In this document: piece after piece, positions 1-12,400 of the stretch
Numbering within the stretch: the first letter of the stretch is position 1
Layout: the number at the start of each line of letters is the position of its first letter
NCBI RefSeq assembly: GCF_037042905.1
Contig: NC_087251.1
Span: 2,854,001 to 2,918,000 of the forward strand
Direction: 5' to 3'
Length of the DNA: 64,000 nucleotides
DNA from: Lytechinus pictus
Taxonomy: Eukaryota
The notes under the pieces: generated by a model
Told to the model about the DNA's origin: nothing
Database searches by the model: none
Seen by the model: only the letters and a program-made list of their open reading frames with translations
Position numbers and translations under genes: made by a program

Positions 1-488
1 TTGATTAGATTTGGTTTGTTTTTTACTGAGGTTAGGGGGGGCAAAGATTTTTACTCCACCACTGATTGATTAGCTAGCTGTATATTTTACCTGATCTGCT
101 ACTTGCATTCTAATTGCACATTTGATATTTTTAAATGAAATCAATCATTTGAAAAAGGGTACAAAATCCTGTTTTAATGCCTCTACCCACTATGGGTAGT
201 TGTCTACAGGAGGCATTGTGTTTTATGTTTGTCCCATTGCCATTCTTGCAGTAAGTGAATGTTTGACGGATCAAGTACAAGCTTGACCCAACTATGCATA
301 GAGGAGTGACAAGGATTGGTATAGATTCTTGAGTATCAACTGCAAAAGTTAAAGGTCATTATATACTTTTCAATCATTTTGTTCTTTTGGTAACTAAAGA
401 TTAATTTGAGGGATCAACATTAAATATGCAAAATGTATTAAAGGACAATTTTTCATTATCCTAACTAAGTTAATTATTTGTTTCACAG

Positions 489-625
489 ACGAGAAGCAAT
501 GAAGGAACCATCAAATGATGATGAAGATCAAAAACCACAAAAAGCATCTCTCCTTTGTAGCTGTAGAGGGAAAAATAACAAGAAAAAGAAGAAGAAGAAA
601 AATATGTACAACAACGACCGAAATG
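489..625 (+). CDS. MPP5: MAGUK p55-family PALS1/MPP5/Stardust-like, internal exon (HOOK region)
   Basis: Bounded by tttcacAG and G|GTAAGT. Translates REAMKEPSNDDEDQKPQKASLLCSCRGKNNKKKKKKNMYNNDRN, resembling the basic HOOK segment of MPP5. Upstream exons lie outside the window. Confidence 0.85.
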
Positions 626-826
626 GTAAGTTTCAAAACATTACATGTACTATTTTCTTACCTAATAAATAATCTCTTCAGTGTGTTTGCAATTTGTAAA
701 TGTTGGCTCTCTCTCTCTTTCTTTCAGCAAAATACTCTATCTGTAAATCAAACATTTTGTTCATTTCATTATCAGAGTTGTGAATAAATTTCATTTCTTT
801 TCCCAATTGTATTTGTAATGATGTAG

Positions 827-985
827 ATATTGATGAGCCACTAACATATGAGGAGGTAGGCATGTATCAACCTGAACCTCATAGAAAGAGACCCATTGTA
901 CTGATTGGACCTCCACATGTTGGAAGACAAGAACTCAAACAAAGATTATTGGAATCAGATAGAAGATTCAAAGCAGCTGTACCTC
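827..985 (+). CDS. MPP5: MPP5-like exon, start of guanylate kinase-like domain
   Basis: AG|...|GTAAGT, phase-compatible with both neighbours. Translates DIDEPLTYEEVGMYQPEPHRKRPIVLIGPPHVGRQELKQRLLESDRRFKAAVP(H). Not in the ORF track. Confidence 0.92.
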
Positions 986-1850
986 GTAAGTAAAAATCAA
1001 CGAAAATCAGATCATTGGGGGTAAAAAAGAACTTTAAACATTATGATTACATCACTTATATGATAGGTCCACTGAGGGTTATTAGTTGTATGAATGAGAC
1101 ATGTAACCTGCAAGGGACCATGCATAAGGCACATTGACAGAGTATATAAGACCTGCTTTTACAAACTTTGCTCATTCTCCTGAAGATGACAAGAACACAG
1201 TTGTCGAAACGTCGAATTTGGATTGTCCTTTTCAGGACCAACAATTTCTCAAGAAAGACACATGGTGTACCGTGAAACCTACTACAATGTTTGAATGAAT
1301 TTCTAGTATGTATATCATATCTAATTCATCTTATTTACTTTGTTGAAATCTCCCTGTCATGCTCAATTTCCTCAGATGTGGCTTTCACTAATAATAAGTC
1401 TACTCAAACTTTGCTCACATACTCATCACTCACCAGCAGTCCTCCAATTGCACTTAGCAGTCAGTACAAATGACCAATTCCTCTTTTATTTGGGAGTTTT
1501 TATAACAGCTACGTAGATGCTTTGTGGAACATAGAGAAACATATACTCTTCATGACAGTCAAGTGTCTTTGTCTAGGGTCAGTGAATTGAAATGACAGTT
1601 TTATCTGTGACTCTGGACTCATGACATATTTGCAATTTTTCTTCAGCTCTGATATGTCAGATTGTGCAATCATTTATTTCATGCTAGGGGATGGGTCACA
1701 AGCGCCCCTCCCCATCCATTTGATTTAGGGTCCAAACCTTGATATCAGATTACATTGTGTTTTTTTCAGTCAATAAATTCATGCATGTAATTGGTCTGCA
1801 TTTGTGTATGTGCTACATTTGTATTTCTCTGCATGAATCTCTCTTTCCAG

Positions 1851-2053
1851 ATACTACAAGAGTGATGAAAGAGCATGAAATAAATGGTGTTGACTACCAC
1901 TTCATCAGTAAAACACGTTTTGAACAGGATGTTGCTGCTAATAAGTTTGTAGAGTATGGAGATTATGAAGGAAACCTCTATGGTACATCATTGGATTCTA
2001 TTCAAGCTGTTATTGACGAGTCTAAGATCTGTCTTCTAAATCTTCATGCTCAG
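1851..2053 (+). CDS. MPP5: MPP5-like exon, GK domain
   Basis: ctttccAG|...CAG|GTAAAA. Translates (H)TTRVMKEHEINGVDYHFISKTRFEQDVAANKFVEYGDYEGNLYGTSLDSIQAVIDESKICLLNLHAQ. Confidence 0.93.
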
Positions 2054-4692
2054 GTAAAATTTACAGAATCAAAAAGTACTCTATAATTTGAGATACATGT
2101 AGCTCTTGGATTTTGGTGTGTGTGTGTTTTTGTTGTAATGACTCATTTAAAAAAATGAATGTGGATACATCAAGATGCACAGAGAAAGTCCTTTGCTTCC
2201 GAACCCTTAGTTAGAGATGGTTAGTATAATGTCACCACACCTGCATGTTACATTCATGAGAGAACATCTTTGTGTTTGTTCAATAAAAGTTAATGTAGAG
2301 ATTTAATATCATTTAAGCACAAAATTACTTGTTTTTATGCATGTTATGGTACCATACCAAACACTTGATTCACTACTCCAACACTAATACCTTTTCAGTA
2401 GAGACATATTACCAATAATACACAAATTAACTTGCAAAGATGCTTAATCATTGCTTCATTCTGAAAGCATATTGTGAGTGGAAAAGAACAGTTTAACCTC
2501 TCTCGTCCAGTTGTATGTGTTGCAATACACTTTTGGGAAGTATGGATATTAATGGCTATTAAAAACCCATTTAGAAAACATATCAACCAAAATGCTTTAA
2601 TAACATATTTCTATGTATGACTAATTTCTTCCAACTGCATGTTTGTGTTAATGATTAAATTCTGTATAAACATGATGTAATACTTCGCCACCCAGTCCAT
2701 CATTATTAACATCAATAATATTTTGTTTTTTCATTCTCTCTGCCACCAGCCTACGGAAATTAGAGAATGCATGTACAGGCGAGGGCCTGTCCAACGGGTG
2801 TGTGTATTCAAAGTTTACTCATATGCATCTGCCATTTTGTTTTTTCTTGTATTGGCCTGTGTATGCTCTCTTGTCTAGCAATTTTGTCAAATAAAAATAA
2901 AAAAGGCTTGTAATGTTGTTGAGGTTGGTTGGAATGGACTTCATGCAGCAGCAGAATATTCATATATGATTGATAAAAAGCACCTTATCAAATGTCTATG
3001 CCATGTCTATTAGCAGAAATCCTGCCATAAAGTCACTATTCATATCTCAGAGCAGCTTTCCTGTGTCATTCATTTGTTTTTTAAAATAATCCTGTTATGA
3101 AATATGGATTTCTGAATCTATGAAGTATGCACAAGATATTGAAATGGTTAAGTTGTGAGATTTCATTTATTAGATTAGAACGCATGTGAAATGAAAGCTC
3201 TTGTTAATCATTTTTTAATAAGTCAAGCATTTTTGTCCATATTTGTCTGCAAGTATCTGCATGCTGTCATATGTATGTGATTGAATTTTGACTCAAGATG
3301 AAATGCATGTGAATCTTTATATAGCCACTTCAAAGCATTTTCTCAAGTTAACAGACCACTGAGATTAAGTTATTAATGTGTACCCTTTGTTGGTTTTTAT
3401 GTTTGAGAATCAGTAGAGTCTATTGACATTTTTAGTTTGATGTCTTTCAGCAAAGTGGAACTCTCTCAGACATGCACTAAAGCCATGATTCTTCTCTGAG
3501 AACAAGCAAACAAAATTCATGTCTTGGATGTGGCCCCTCCCACCCCTACCATTTTCTCAGCTTCCATTCACATTAATTTCAAATTTGTAATGCTCCCAGT
3601 GGCATTTCTGCATACTCTCTTTTCAACAAATGAAGTAAATGCATTCTGTCCATTTCCTAAATACATGAAAATGGGGCAGATATTAAGTATCACAGCAAGA
3701 GATAGAACTTTCACAATAAAATTAGGGTTCATATACTCTGTGGATAATATAAATGCAATGCAATACCAATCCCCTCACACCCTCTTTTAAGTGGTCATCT
3801 GTACCGTATGCACATTTACAAATTTTCAGGAAATTATGTATGTTTCAGGGACTAAGTTCCTGGAAAAAAAAAATCATCAATGTGGAGGCCATTGAGCATT
3901 TTTTATCCTTGAAAACAATTCAAATTAGGGGGGATTTTCTTTCTTTCCTGAAAAATCCTGAAAAAGTTTAGTTTCAAACCATGTTCCAACCCCCCCCCCC
4001 CATAGAATTCCAAAATGGGCAACTAGTGTGACTTTTTGGTGTTTGGCATGCTATGTTGTTATAGTCAAATGTTTTACCAAGCATGATTTTCTATGAGGGT
4101 CGGAACAACTCGGCCCAGCTTTCATGCTTGGGCCAAGTTGTTATGAGTTGTTCCAGCTATTTCAACTAGCTCAATGTTTGTGAAAGTGATTTATTTGAAT
4201 TTGTGTTAATTTTTGATAGTTCAATATTTTATGGCATTGTGTCGAGTAATAGTTTTCAAGATAATGTGAAACATTTTAGGGGGAGTAAAGTGTTAATTTT
4301 AGATGTTTATCTCACAGCTGGAAAACTTCATTGATGTACATATATATTAGAAAATGAGTTTGAGTTTTAATCAGTCCAATTCATTTGACTTGTGCTATAA
4401 AATCAATCCAAATACCAGGTTCATCTTTGAAAACGATATATTTTGGGTTCATAAAAACGGTATTTCAACACAGGAAGAATAGCTACTTTCTAATGTGTCA
4501 GGTACTGCCCGGCCTGGTATTATGAAAATCAGAAAAATTGAAAGCAAACTACTTCCTCAGCCTATGCCCAATGTTATGATATTTATCATGTATTAAAGAA
4601 GCAAGACACATTATTTGTATGTGTCAGAAACTCTGTGACCATGTTCAAAGTCATGCTGTTCCCATTGTATATGTTCCTCACATTCAGTTGTA

Positions 4693-5150
4693 TTTTTGTC
4701 TTGCTCACCAGAGGTGAAGGCGAGACTAAGGGATCCAAATGTTGTCTGTCCGTCACAAATATTATGACACATAACCCTGCAACCGTAAGTCACTTTTCAC
4801 CCAAACTTGGGTTGTAGAGGTTCTTATGAGACCTGCATGTTATGCTGCAGTCGGAGGTGACATGGTAAGGGTAAAAATGTCATTTTGAGGTCAACATTAA
4901 TGTTTATGTGCAAGACTCTCTTATGACACATAACTCTGCAACCGTAAGTCACTTTCAAACCAAACTTGGGTGGTAGACATGTTTAGGAGACCCGAGTGAC
5001 ATGGTGCAGTCGGAGGTAACATGGTAAGGTCAAAGGTTATTTTGAGGTCAACGTTAAAGTAAATGTGCAAGACTCTCTTATGATGCGATATTTCTAGTTA
5101 TTTTCACAAGTGGGCGAGACACAAAATAGCTAATGCATTCTTTGTTTTTT
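4693..5150 (+). mobile_element. Helentron/DINE-like non-autonomous element with internal ~158-bp tandem duplication
   Basis: 5' TTTTTGTCTTGCTC, inverted GGCGAGAC motifs near 4719 and 5113, a CTGTCCGTC remnant, a duplicated TATGACACATAAC...GCAACCGTAAGTCAC block (about 4763 and 4922) and T-rich flanks. Confidence 0.5.
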
Positions 5151-5272
5151 GTTATGTTTAGTTTTGTTATTTAGAAAATTAATTCATGCATTGTCATGTA
5201 CACGTAAAAGGCATTTGATAAAACTTCTCCAGTATACATTCAAATGAAATGATTGATGTATTGTCTTTACAG

Positions 5273-5383
5273 GCACTGAAGATGCTGAAGAAGTCTTGTT
5301 TGAAGCCTTATTTCATCTTCATCTGTCCACCTTCCATTGATAGATTAAGACAGCAGAGAACAGAAGCAGGTCAACTTCTTAAG
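5273..5383 (+). CDS. MPP5: MPP5-like exon, GK domain
   Basis: ttacAG|...AAG|GTAATT, phase 0. Translates ALKMLKKSCLKPYFIFICPPSIDRLRQQRTEAGQLLK. Confidence 0.9.
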
Positions 5384-5999
5384 GTAATTAAACCTTCTCT
5401 CTGTAGATTCTTTCAGATTTATTATGATCCCTACCAGGAGGCTTTTCATATATCTTTAGATAACTTACAAATATTTGGTGACCCTCGATTGGTTATCTGT
5501 TTTTGTGCTGAATGAGATACCCAAGATTCTATCTGTTCTGACATAATAACCCTAATCAAATCTTTACAAAAGTACAACTTTAAGTTTAGTCTAAAGTGAT
5601 CAGAATATAATGATAAAAGTTTACAATTTCCAGAGCAGTTTGTTGTGCTGATCCAAGATAAAAGCCCTTTAACTTTAATGGCAAGTCCATTCCAAGAAAA
5701 AGTTTATTTGAATAAATAGAGAAAAATCTAAGAAGCATTAAGTTAAGGCAACACAATGGAAACAAAATCACCGTTTAAGAATGCAATTTGGGAACTTTTT
5801 GTAAACATTTAACATTCATTATTCATTTTGATTTGTGTTATCTCAATATATTTTTTCAATGCATGACAATAAATAGAAAATGAAGAATTGTTGCTTAATT
5901 AAGGAGCAGATTAATCTTTATGGTATGAAAGTTATGGTGTTGACCTCTATGGGTTGATTAAGAACAATAATTGTATCTTCTTTTGATTTATCCTGATAG

Positions 6000-6176
6000 G
6001 AGCAAGAGCTGAGAGAAATCATTGACACTGGACGAGGGATGGAAGATATGTATGGACATTATTTTGATCATGTGATCATACATCATGATCATGACCGTGC
6101 CTATAATGATTTGATCTCTGAAATAGACAGGATACAAATACAACCTCAGTGGGTACCACTTCACTGGTTAAGCTAA
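6000..6176 (+). CDS. MPP5: MPP5-like terminal coding exon
   Basis: gatAG| then EQELREIIDTGRGMEDMYGHYFDHVIIHHDHDRAYNDLISEIDRIQIQPQWVPLHWLS*. YGHYFD and QWVPxxW are MAGUK C-terminal motifs. TAA at 6174-6176. Confidence 0.93.
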   Translation, partial: EQELREIIDTGRGMEDMYGHYFDHVIIHHDHDRAYNDLISEIDRIQIQPQWVPLHWLS

Positions 6177-7769
6177 TCATCTGCCTTCAATTCAGTCTGG
6201 ACAATGACAAACTTCCTAAAAGTCTTCAAATCACTTAAGGAAAGCTCCTCAGTATTGCACAAGATTTGAAAAGGATGATACTTCGATCTAAGACATTTTG
6301 TTTAGTTTTGGTAATATCAGAATAACCACTTATGAAGCCATTTTATTTTTGTTGTAATATGAGTTACAATGCCATGTTGTCTGACTGAGAATGCTTCAGG
6401 CATGTCAAAGATAAGAGGTGTGTTTTCATGCTCAATGAAACCACAGCTCAACTATAAGGCCAAGCCCTTTGGTGTGGCAACTGAAAGTCTAAATACAGTA
6501 ATACACTATTTTATCTTGACTAAAAAAGTGATTAATGATTCTTTAATATGCCTACTCTAGATCTACTAAGAAATGACATCTTACTTTGTCATTTTCCCCC
6601 TGAGTCAAAAACTATGAGAATTCCTGATTTGTCTTCAAAAGTTGCCTGAATTTCATTTGCATCACATAAACTGCTATATTTTATTCACTCTCACACAAAG
6701 CAACTTCATGAGATTTTTCAAAAATTTGATAAGTTTTGTAGATTATGCCATGGGTAAAATGCATACTGATTTTTATCTTGATTATGCGGTCAACGTTCAA
6801 GTTCATGGGGGGGGGGGGGGCCTGAATCATTCAGCTCTCCCACCCCAAGTTTTCTAAGGCATCAAATTAGCCCAATCTTTTTAGGGTTAAGTAAATAGAA
6901 AATGGAAAATAGACAATTTCACTAGGTTACCCCTATATGATGTTTTAACTACAAGAATCTCAGATTTTCATCAACTGTGATTTCATTCTTCAATGTTAAT
7001 TATACTCTTAAATGAAATGTCATAAAACAAGGGTCTAGACCTTAAAATCAGAAGTAATATGACTTACTATCGAGCCTACCTGTCCCTGAATATATTCTCA
7101 ATTGAATTTGATTTGATTTGAGAAGCAAGTCCTGTCTGTATTATTAAGAATCCCTGGCTGGTCGGCCCGGGTCAGCAAAGCAGAGTTCATAAGTTAGCAC
7201 AGAGCTCTATGACATGCAACCCTGTATCATCTATCATACAACACAAATGATTAAATGTCAACATCCTTAACATAATGACCCAATATAACTTTGACAAGGT
7301 CAAATATCTAAGTTATTAGATGTCATTCATGACATGGCTTGTTCTGCAAATTGCTTATAGATCCAGTAACCAAATCAAATTGTACTTTGTTTCATGTCGG
7401 CTCCTATGCAAATGTGAGAAGAAATGTGACAAGATTATGAAATATATGAAAATTTTAGAAATTAAATGTGCAATACGGATTCTAGATGCATCAATTATGA
7501 TTTCTAGTTCAGATAGTGATGAATTAAAAAAAAAAATCATCTGCCCTTTTTAGGTCATATTAAAATTTGTAACCATCTTTTTAATTTTGGTAGCAAATTC
7601 CTCTTTTTAAAAATGAATTTATTACAAAAATACATCGGAAAAATAAATGATCTTTAGATTATGATTAGTATAACTTTTTTTTTTTAATGCCATGTTTGTT
7701 AAACTCTACACTCAGTAATGACTAGGAAATTCTAGAACCGAGGCATTATGATCAGCAGAACTAGGACAG

Positions 7770-8520
7770 ATTCCCCAGAGAATAGCTCCTCTGGATGATA
7801 GTTCCTTAGAACAACTTTCCTGGATGAAAGTTCTTCCAGAGGACAACTCCTCTGGATGAAAGTTCTTCCAGATGACAACTCCTCTGGAGGACAGTTCTTC
7901 CAGAGACTAACATCTTTGGAGGAAGTTCTTCCAGAGACTAACATCTTTGGAGGAAGTTCTTCCAGAGAATAACCCTCCAGTTCTTCCAGAGAATAACATA
8001 CCTGGAGGACAGTTCTTCCAGAGAATAACATACCTGGAGGACAGTTCTTCCAGAGAATAACATACCTGGAGGACAGTTCTTCCAGAGCGTAACATACCTG
8101 GAGGACAGTTCTTCCAGAGAATAACATACCTGGAGGACAGTTCTTCCAGAGAATAACATACCTGGAGGACAATTCTTCCAGAGAATAACATACCTGGAGG
8201 ACAGTTCTTCCAGAGAATAACATACCTGGAGGACAGTTCTTCCAGAGAATAACATACCTGGAGGACAGTTCTTCCAGAGAATAACATACCTGGAGGACAG
8301 TTCTTCCAGAGCGTAACATACCTGGAGGACAGTTCTTCCAGAGAATAACATACCTGGAGGACAGTTCTTCCAGAGAATAACATCCCTAGGGGGACAGTTC
8401 TTCCAGAGAATAAATCCATGAAGGACAGTTCTTCCAAAGGAAAACTCCTGGAAGACATTTCCTCAGGAGGACACCTCCCTAGAGGACAGTTTCCCAGGGG
8501 GGGTCAAATCTTCTAGAGGA
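7770..8520. repeat. 32-bp minisatellite (CAGTTCTTCCAGAGAATAACATACCTGGAGGA)n with degenerate flanking units
   Basis: 12 near-identical units at 7978-8361 plus about 10 diverged units of similar length on both sides. Confidence 0.97.
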
Positions 8521-9352
8521 CCACTGCATTTCTTTATGTTACATATCCCAGAAAGTTAAAAATCCATTCATTGGACAGTCCTAGAGAAAAGTCTGGTCAA
8601 AACACACTGACTCACAAACATGTAACATTGAGGTTGGTTGCTGTAGGCAATTACATGTAGAACTGAACATTCCCTCTTATTTCCTTGATTTTCCAATTTA
8701 TGTTCATTCCTATTTGTATTTTTACAGGAGATAATAGCAATCGTATGATTGAAGAACTCACTGCTTTTTATCATTTGATTACACGGCGGTTATCAATATA
8801 CTAGCAATATGAAATGAGTCAACTCTCGCCAGAGAGAAGAGAAATACTCCTAAATCTTCCCAAAAGATTTAGGAGATGTATCATGAAACAAGAAATGAGC
8901 TGTGATTTAGTCTTCCATGCAGTTCTCATATAATATAAAATCAGATCTCAACTTTTATTTCTGGGGTAAGCCAAGATTATTTCTATGTATATGTCTTATC
9001 ACCTATGTTTGCTATTCAACATATTCATTTGTGGTTTTTATGTAAATACCTATACATTTCCTGTTTTCTCAATCTAAATTTCCTTTAATTCCCAGTTATA
9101 TTGTTATTCCATTATTTACCTTGGCCTGTACAGAAATCAAATATATTTTGAATAACAGCATGTAAATAATAACGTGAAAGTAATTTGCATCAAGAGGGTT
9201 GAGTTGGGAACCAATGAATGTATCAGATACGAAATGGCACATTTATCACTTTCTAATACTTTATCAATCTCTGAAAGAATAATCATTGCCAATTTGAAGA
9301 TTCAAATCATATCAAATAAGGCTTGAAATTATTCATTCTTGTGTTTGGATAC

Positions 9353-9475
9353 AGCGGTTCTGACTCACATCAGAGGGTCAGGGTTTCAAATCCCACCAAG
9401 GTACTAGCATTCTTTGGCAAGGTTGGTATTCATACCTTGCCAATCTCCACCTAGTTGTTAAGTGGATACCCTGTA
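9353..9475 (+). mobile_element. tRNA-derived SINE fragment (degraded)
   Basis: B-box-like GGGTTTCAAATCCC followed by a CTTTGGCAAGG...CTCCACCTAGTTG...TGGATACC core. Confidence 0.5.
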
Positions 9476-12400
9476 CGATGCAAATATCATTCAGCACTAC
9501 AAAGCTCATCTCCTTCATTTCTTTGGCTATCAAATAATTCTTCAGATTTTTCAAAATATTTTATTTTATTTAGTAAATTTAATTTTGCTGTCATGCTTTT
9601 ATTTCTCCATTCATTGTCTTCATGTGTATATATGATTTCAAATGCCCTCCCTAAACTTCTATATAACTTGTCCATTGTGGTTTATTATCTACATGATATG
9701 TATCATCTGAAGGTAGGAGAGAGAGGAGGATAGATATTTACTTTGATTGTAACATATGTGAATACTTCTTGTAATGTTCAATAATTTTATAGGTTTTATA
9801 TATATAAATATATACATAAATATATTATACATTTTCTATTCTATTGATATGAAACTCAATAAAGATGTGTTGTTTGGTACTATTAGATATGGACCAGTAC
9901 GAGATTGAATAGGGAAATCTACATGATGATTACAATTAGTGATTGGGGATTATCATATATTTGCATTTTTGAACAGTTTGGGGGTTGTATGAAAAAATTC
10001 ATCTATATGCAAGATTATACACATCAAGGAACTCTTATACACAAGATAATTTTTTCTTGTTCCATAGCAACAAAGATTACATTATGTATCTCCCCTTTTT
10101 CTTTTTTTGATATATATATATATTTTTTGTTGCTTTTGTGTGTATTAGCTTCAACTTATTGGCTACTGGTACCCAATCATGTTATCTACAGGTTTTGGAA
10201 TAGGAAAATGAAGTATTCAGGATTAAGCACCCAAAAAAAAGGAATGAAGAATTTGTTGATACTGTAAATGCTTTTTTGCTACAAAAAGAGGGTTTCTTTG
10301 TGAAGTGCCTGAGTAGGAATGAAAATTGTATATCAAAGTGCATCATCAGATCTATTACTTTTATAACGGAAGCTTTTCACTAAAACGTATTCAAAGTTCA
10401 TAAATATTCTATCAAAATTATTTCTGTAAGTTATTTTCTCTTTTAATTTGCCCTGGTATACTGCCCTCATGAATAAAACTTCACTTACAATACTATCAAT
10501 TCAATCAAAGTACACCCTAACATTAGGCTCAATTGAATGTGTGAAATGATTTTTTTTTAATTACTCTCACTTATTTAAAACACACAATGTAGTTTGTATT
10601 CAAACCTGTTTGGTTTTCTCTTCCATTTTTATTTCATTTTCTGGAAATTCAAAACACAGTGTATTCTACTTTTGCAGCAATATCCAAAATCATCTTTGTA
10701 ACTTAATGGAGAGATTTTATCATCTTACATTTAAATTTGAATACATTGAAATGTTTGCTGGTTTGGGTTTTTTCATATTTTGTTCAATGTTCTTATTGTT
10801 TGGGTGGTCTTGATTTTTAAGGGAAGTCCTCTTGATCTCAAGTTGGTGCTCATGTAAGCAGTAAAATGAGAGAAACACATTATTTTATGTTTGACAAAAA
10901 ATACATCATGCAGTAACAGTAAGGCATATGAAATTTATGATTTGTGATTTCACATGCTGGCTGCTCTCCTACATTATGTGTACCATAAATTACTAAAAGT
11001 GCCATTAGTTTTTTTTTTACCTGTGCATGAATGTTTAATCAGGCACGTTATTTCATATATATCTCTAAAAAATATGTATTCATTATGTACTGAATAAAAA
11101 ACACCATTCATGTGCTTTATATGGCATAGGAGAAAAGCTCACATGTGATTTATTATACTTTGATCAATTTATGTCAATCTTTTAGAATTATTTTTCTCAA
11201 AATTTTCTGCCATTATTTTTTATTGAGGGCAAGCTTCTTTAGCAGTATGATTTCTGTTCGTCTAATTATCTTATGAACTATTTATTCATATTTTTTAGAC
11301 TTCAGTATTTAATGATTAGCATACTTTCTCTGATGTAATCAGAAGGTTCTAATAATTTTCAATCATTATGTGCCCAGCTTTTAATAATTCATTTCATCTG
11401 TAAAAAAATGGTAAAGAAATTGAAAATGGTATGAATTTGTGAAAATTTGACTTCCAATTCTTGTGTCTTAAAGGTCTGGGTATCTGATTAATATTCAGCT
11501 TGTATTTAAATATCCATATGACTTTATTCAATTCCAGAAATTGTTATGATTTTTAAGGGAAGAACAGTGGTATAACATTTCACTTAGAATTTTGTTATTT
11601 TACTTCTGTTACAAAAAAAATCTTACATAATTTGTTTTTATTTCTATTGAAGGAAAAAAGTCCAGTGTAGGCCCTAAATGTTGAATATGTTTGAGTTTTT
11701 AACACAATTTGCAAGCATATTCTGCATAAAATTAAAACCATGTATAATGATCTATTCAGCCTGTGAATACATTATCTCAACACTTTGTATGAATTATGAA
11801 TGATGTGTTTTAAATAGCTCTGTTCAAAATATAATCATGAGAACACTCCTCTTGGTACAATATTACAAGATGTTAAATATATTTCATAAATAGGCTTGCC
11901 TTTATCACTTGATCCTCTTAATTTATTCATTTTAAAGAAAATATTCCCCACTTTTTGTTCAGACATTAATTCAAAATTATCTTTTTCAGTTCTGATTCAA
12001 TTTTGTGGTCAGACATCTTGATATTATGCACTAATAAGCTTTTCAGACATTAAAAAGACTAACTATTTGGTTGTTTATCCTTACACTCCTGACATTAATT
12101 GATATATTCAGTTTATCATAGGTTTAATGCTGCAATAAGGAGGAAAATGCTTATTTATAATTCTGACATATTTTTATTTCTGTGAATTACTTAGAAATTA
12201 ATTACTATTAAAATAAAGATTAAATAATGAAACAATCTGTTTCTTTGAAGAAAAAAAATTGTGCCCACCCTCACTTTGCTTTTTATGTTTCAGCAACAAG
12301 ATATATTCACATATAATGCATATACAACGCATTTGTAACCCCCAAATTAGATATACCTTTACCTTTTCTGTATTCATTTATTTTGATATCATTACCTGTA

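Noticed and set aside
7770..8520. Palindromic ~32-bp repeat array resembling CRISPR, and three overlapping minus-strand ORFs of 137-195 aa
   Set aside because: Units are contiguous with no unique spacers, there are no cas genes and the context is eukaryotic. The ORFs are phase-shifted translations of a stop-free 32-mer.
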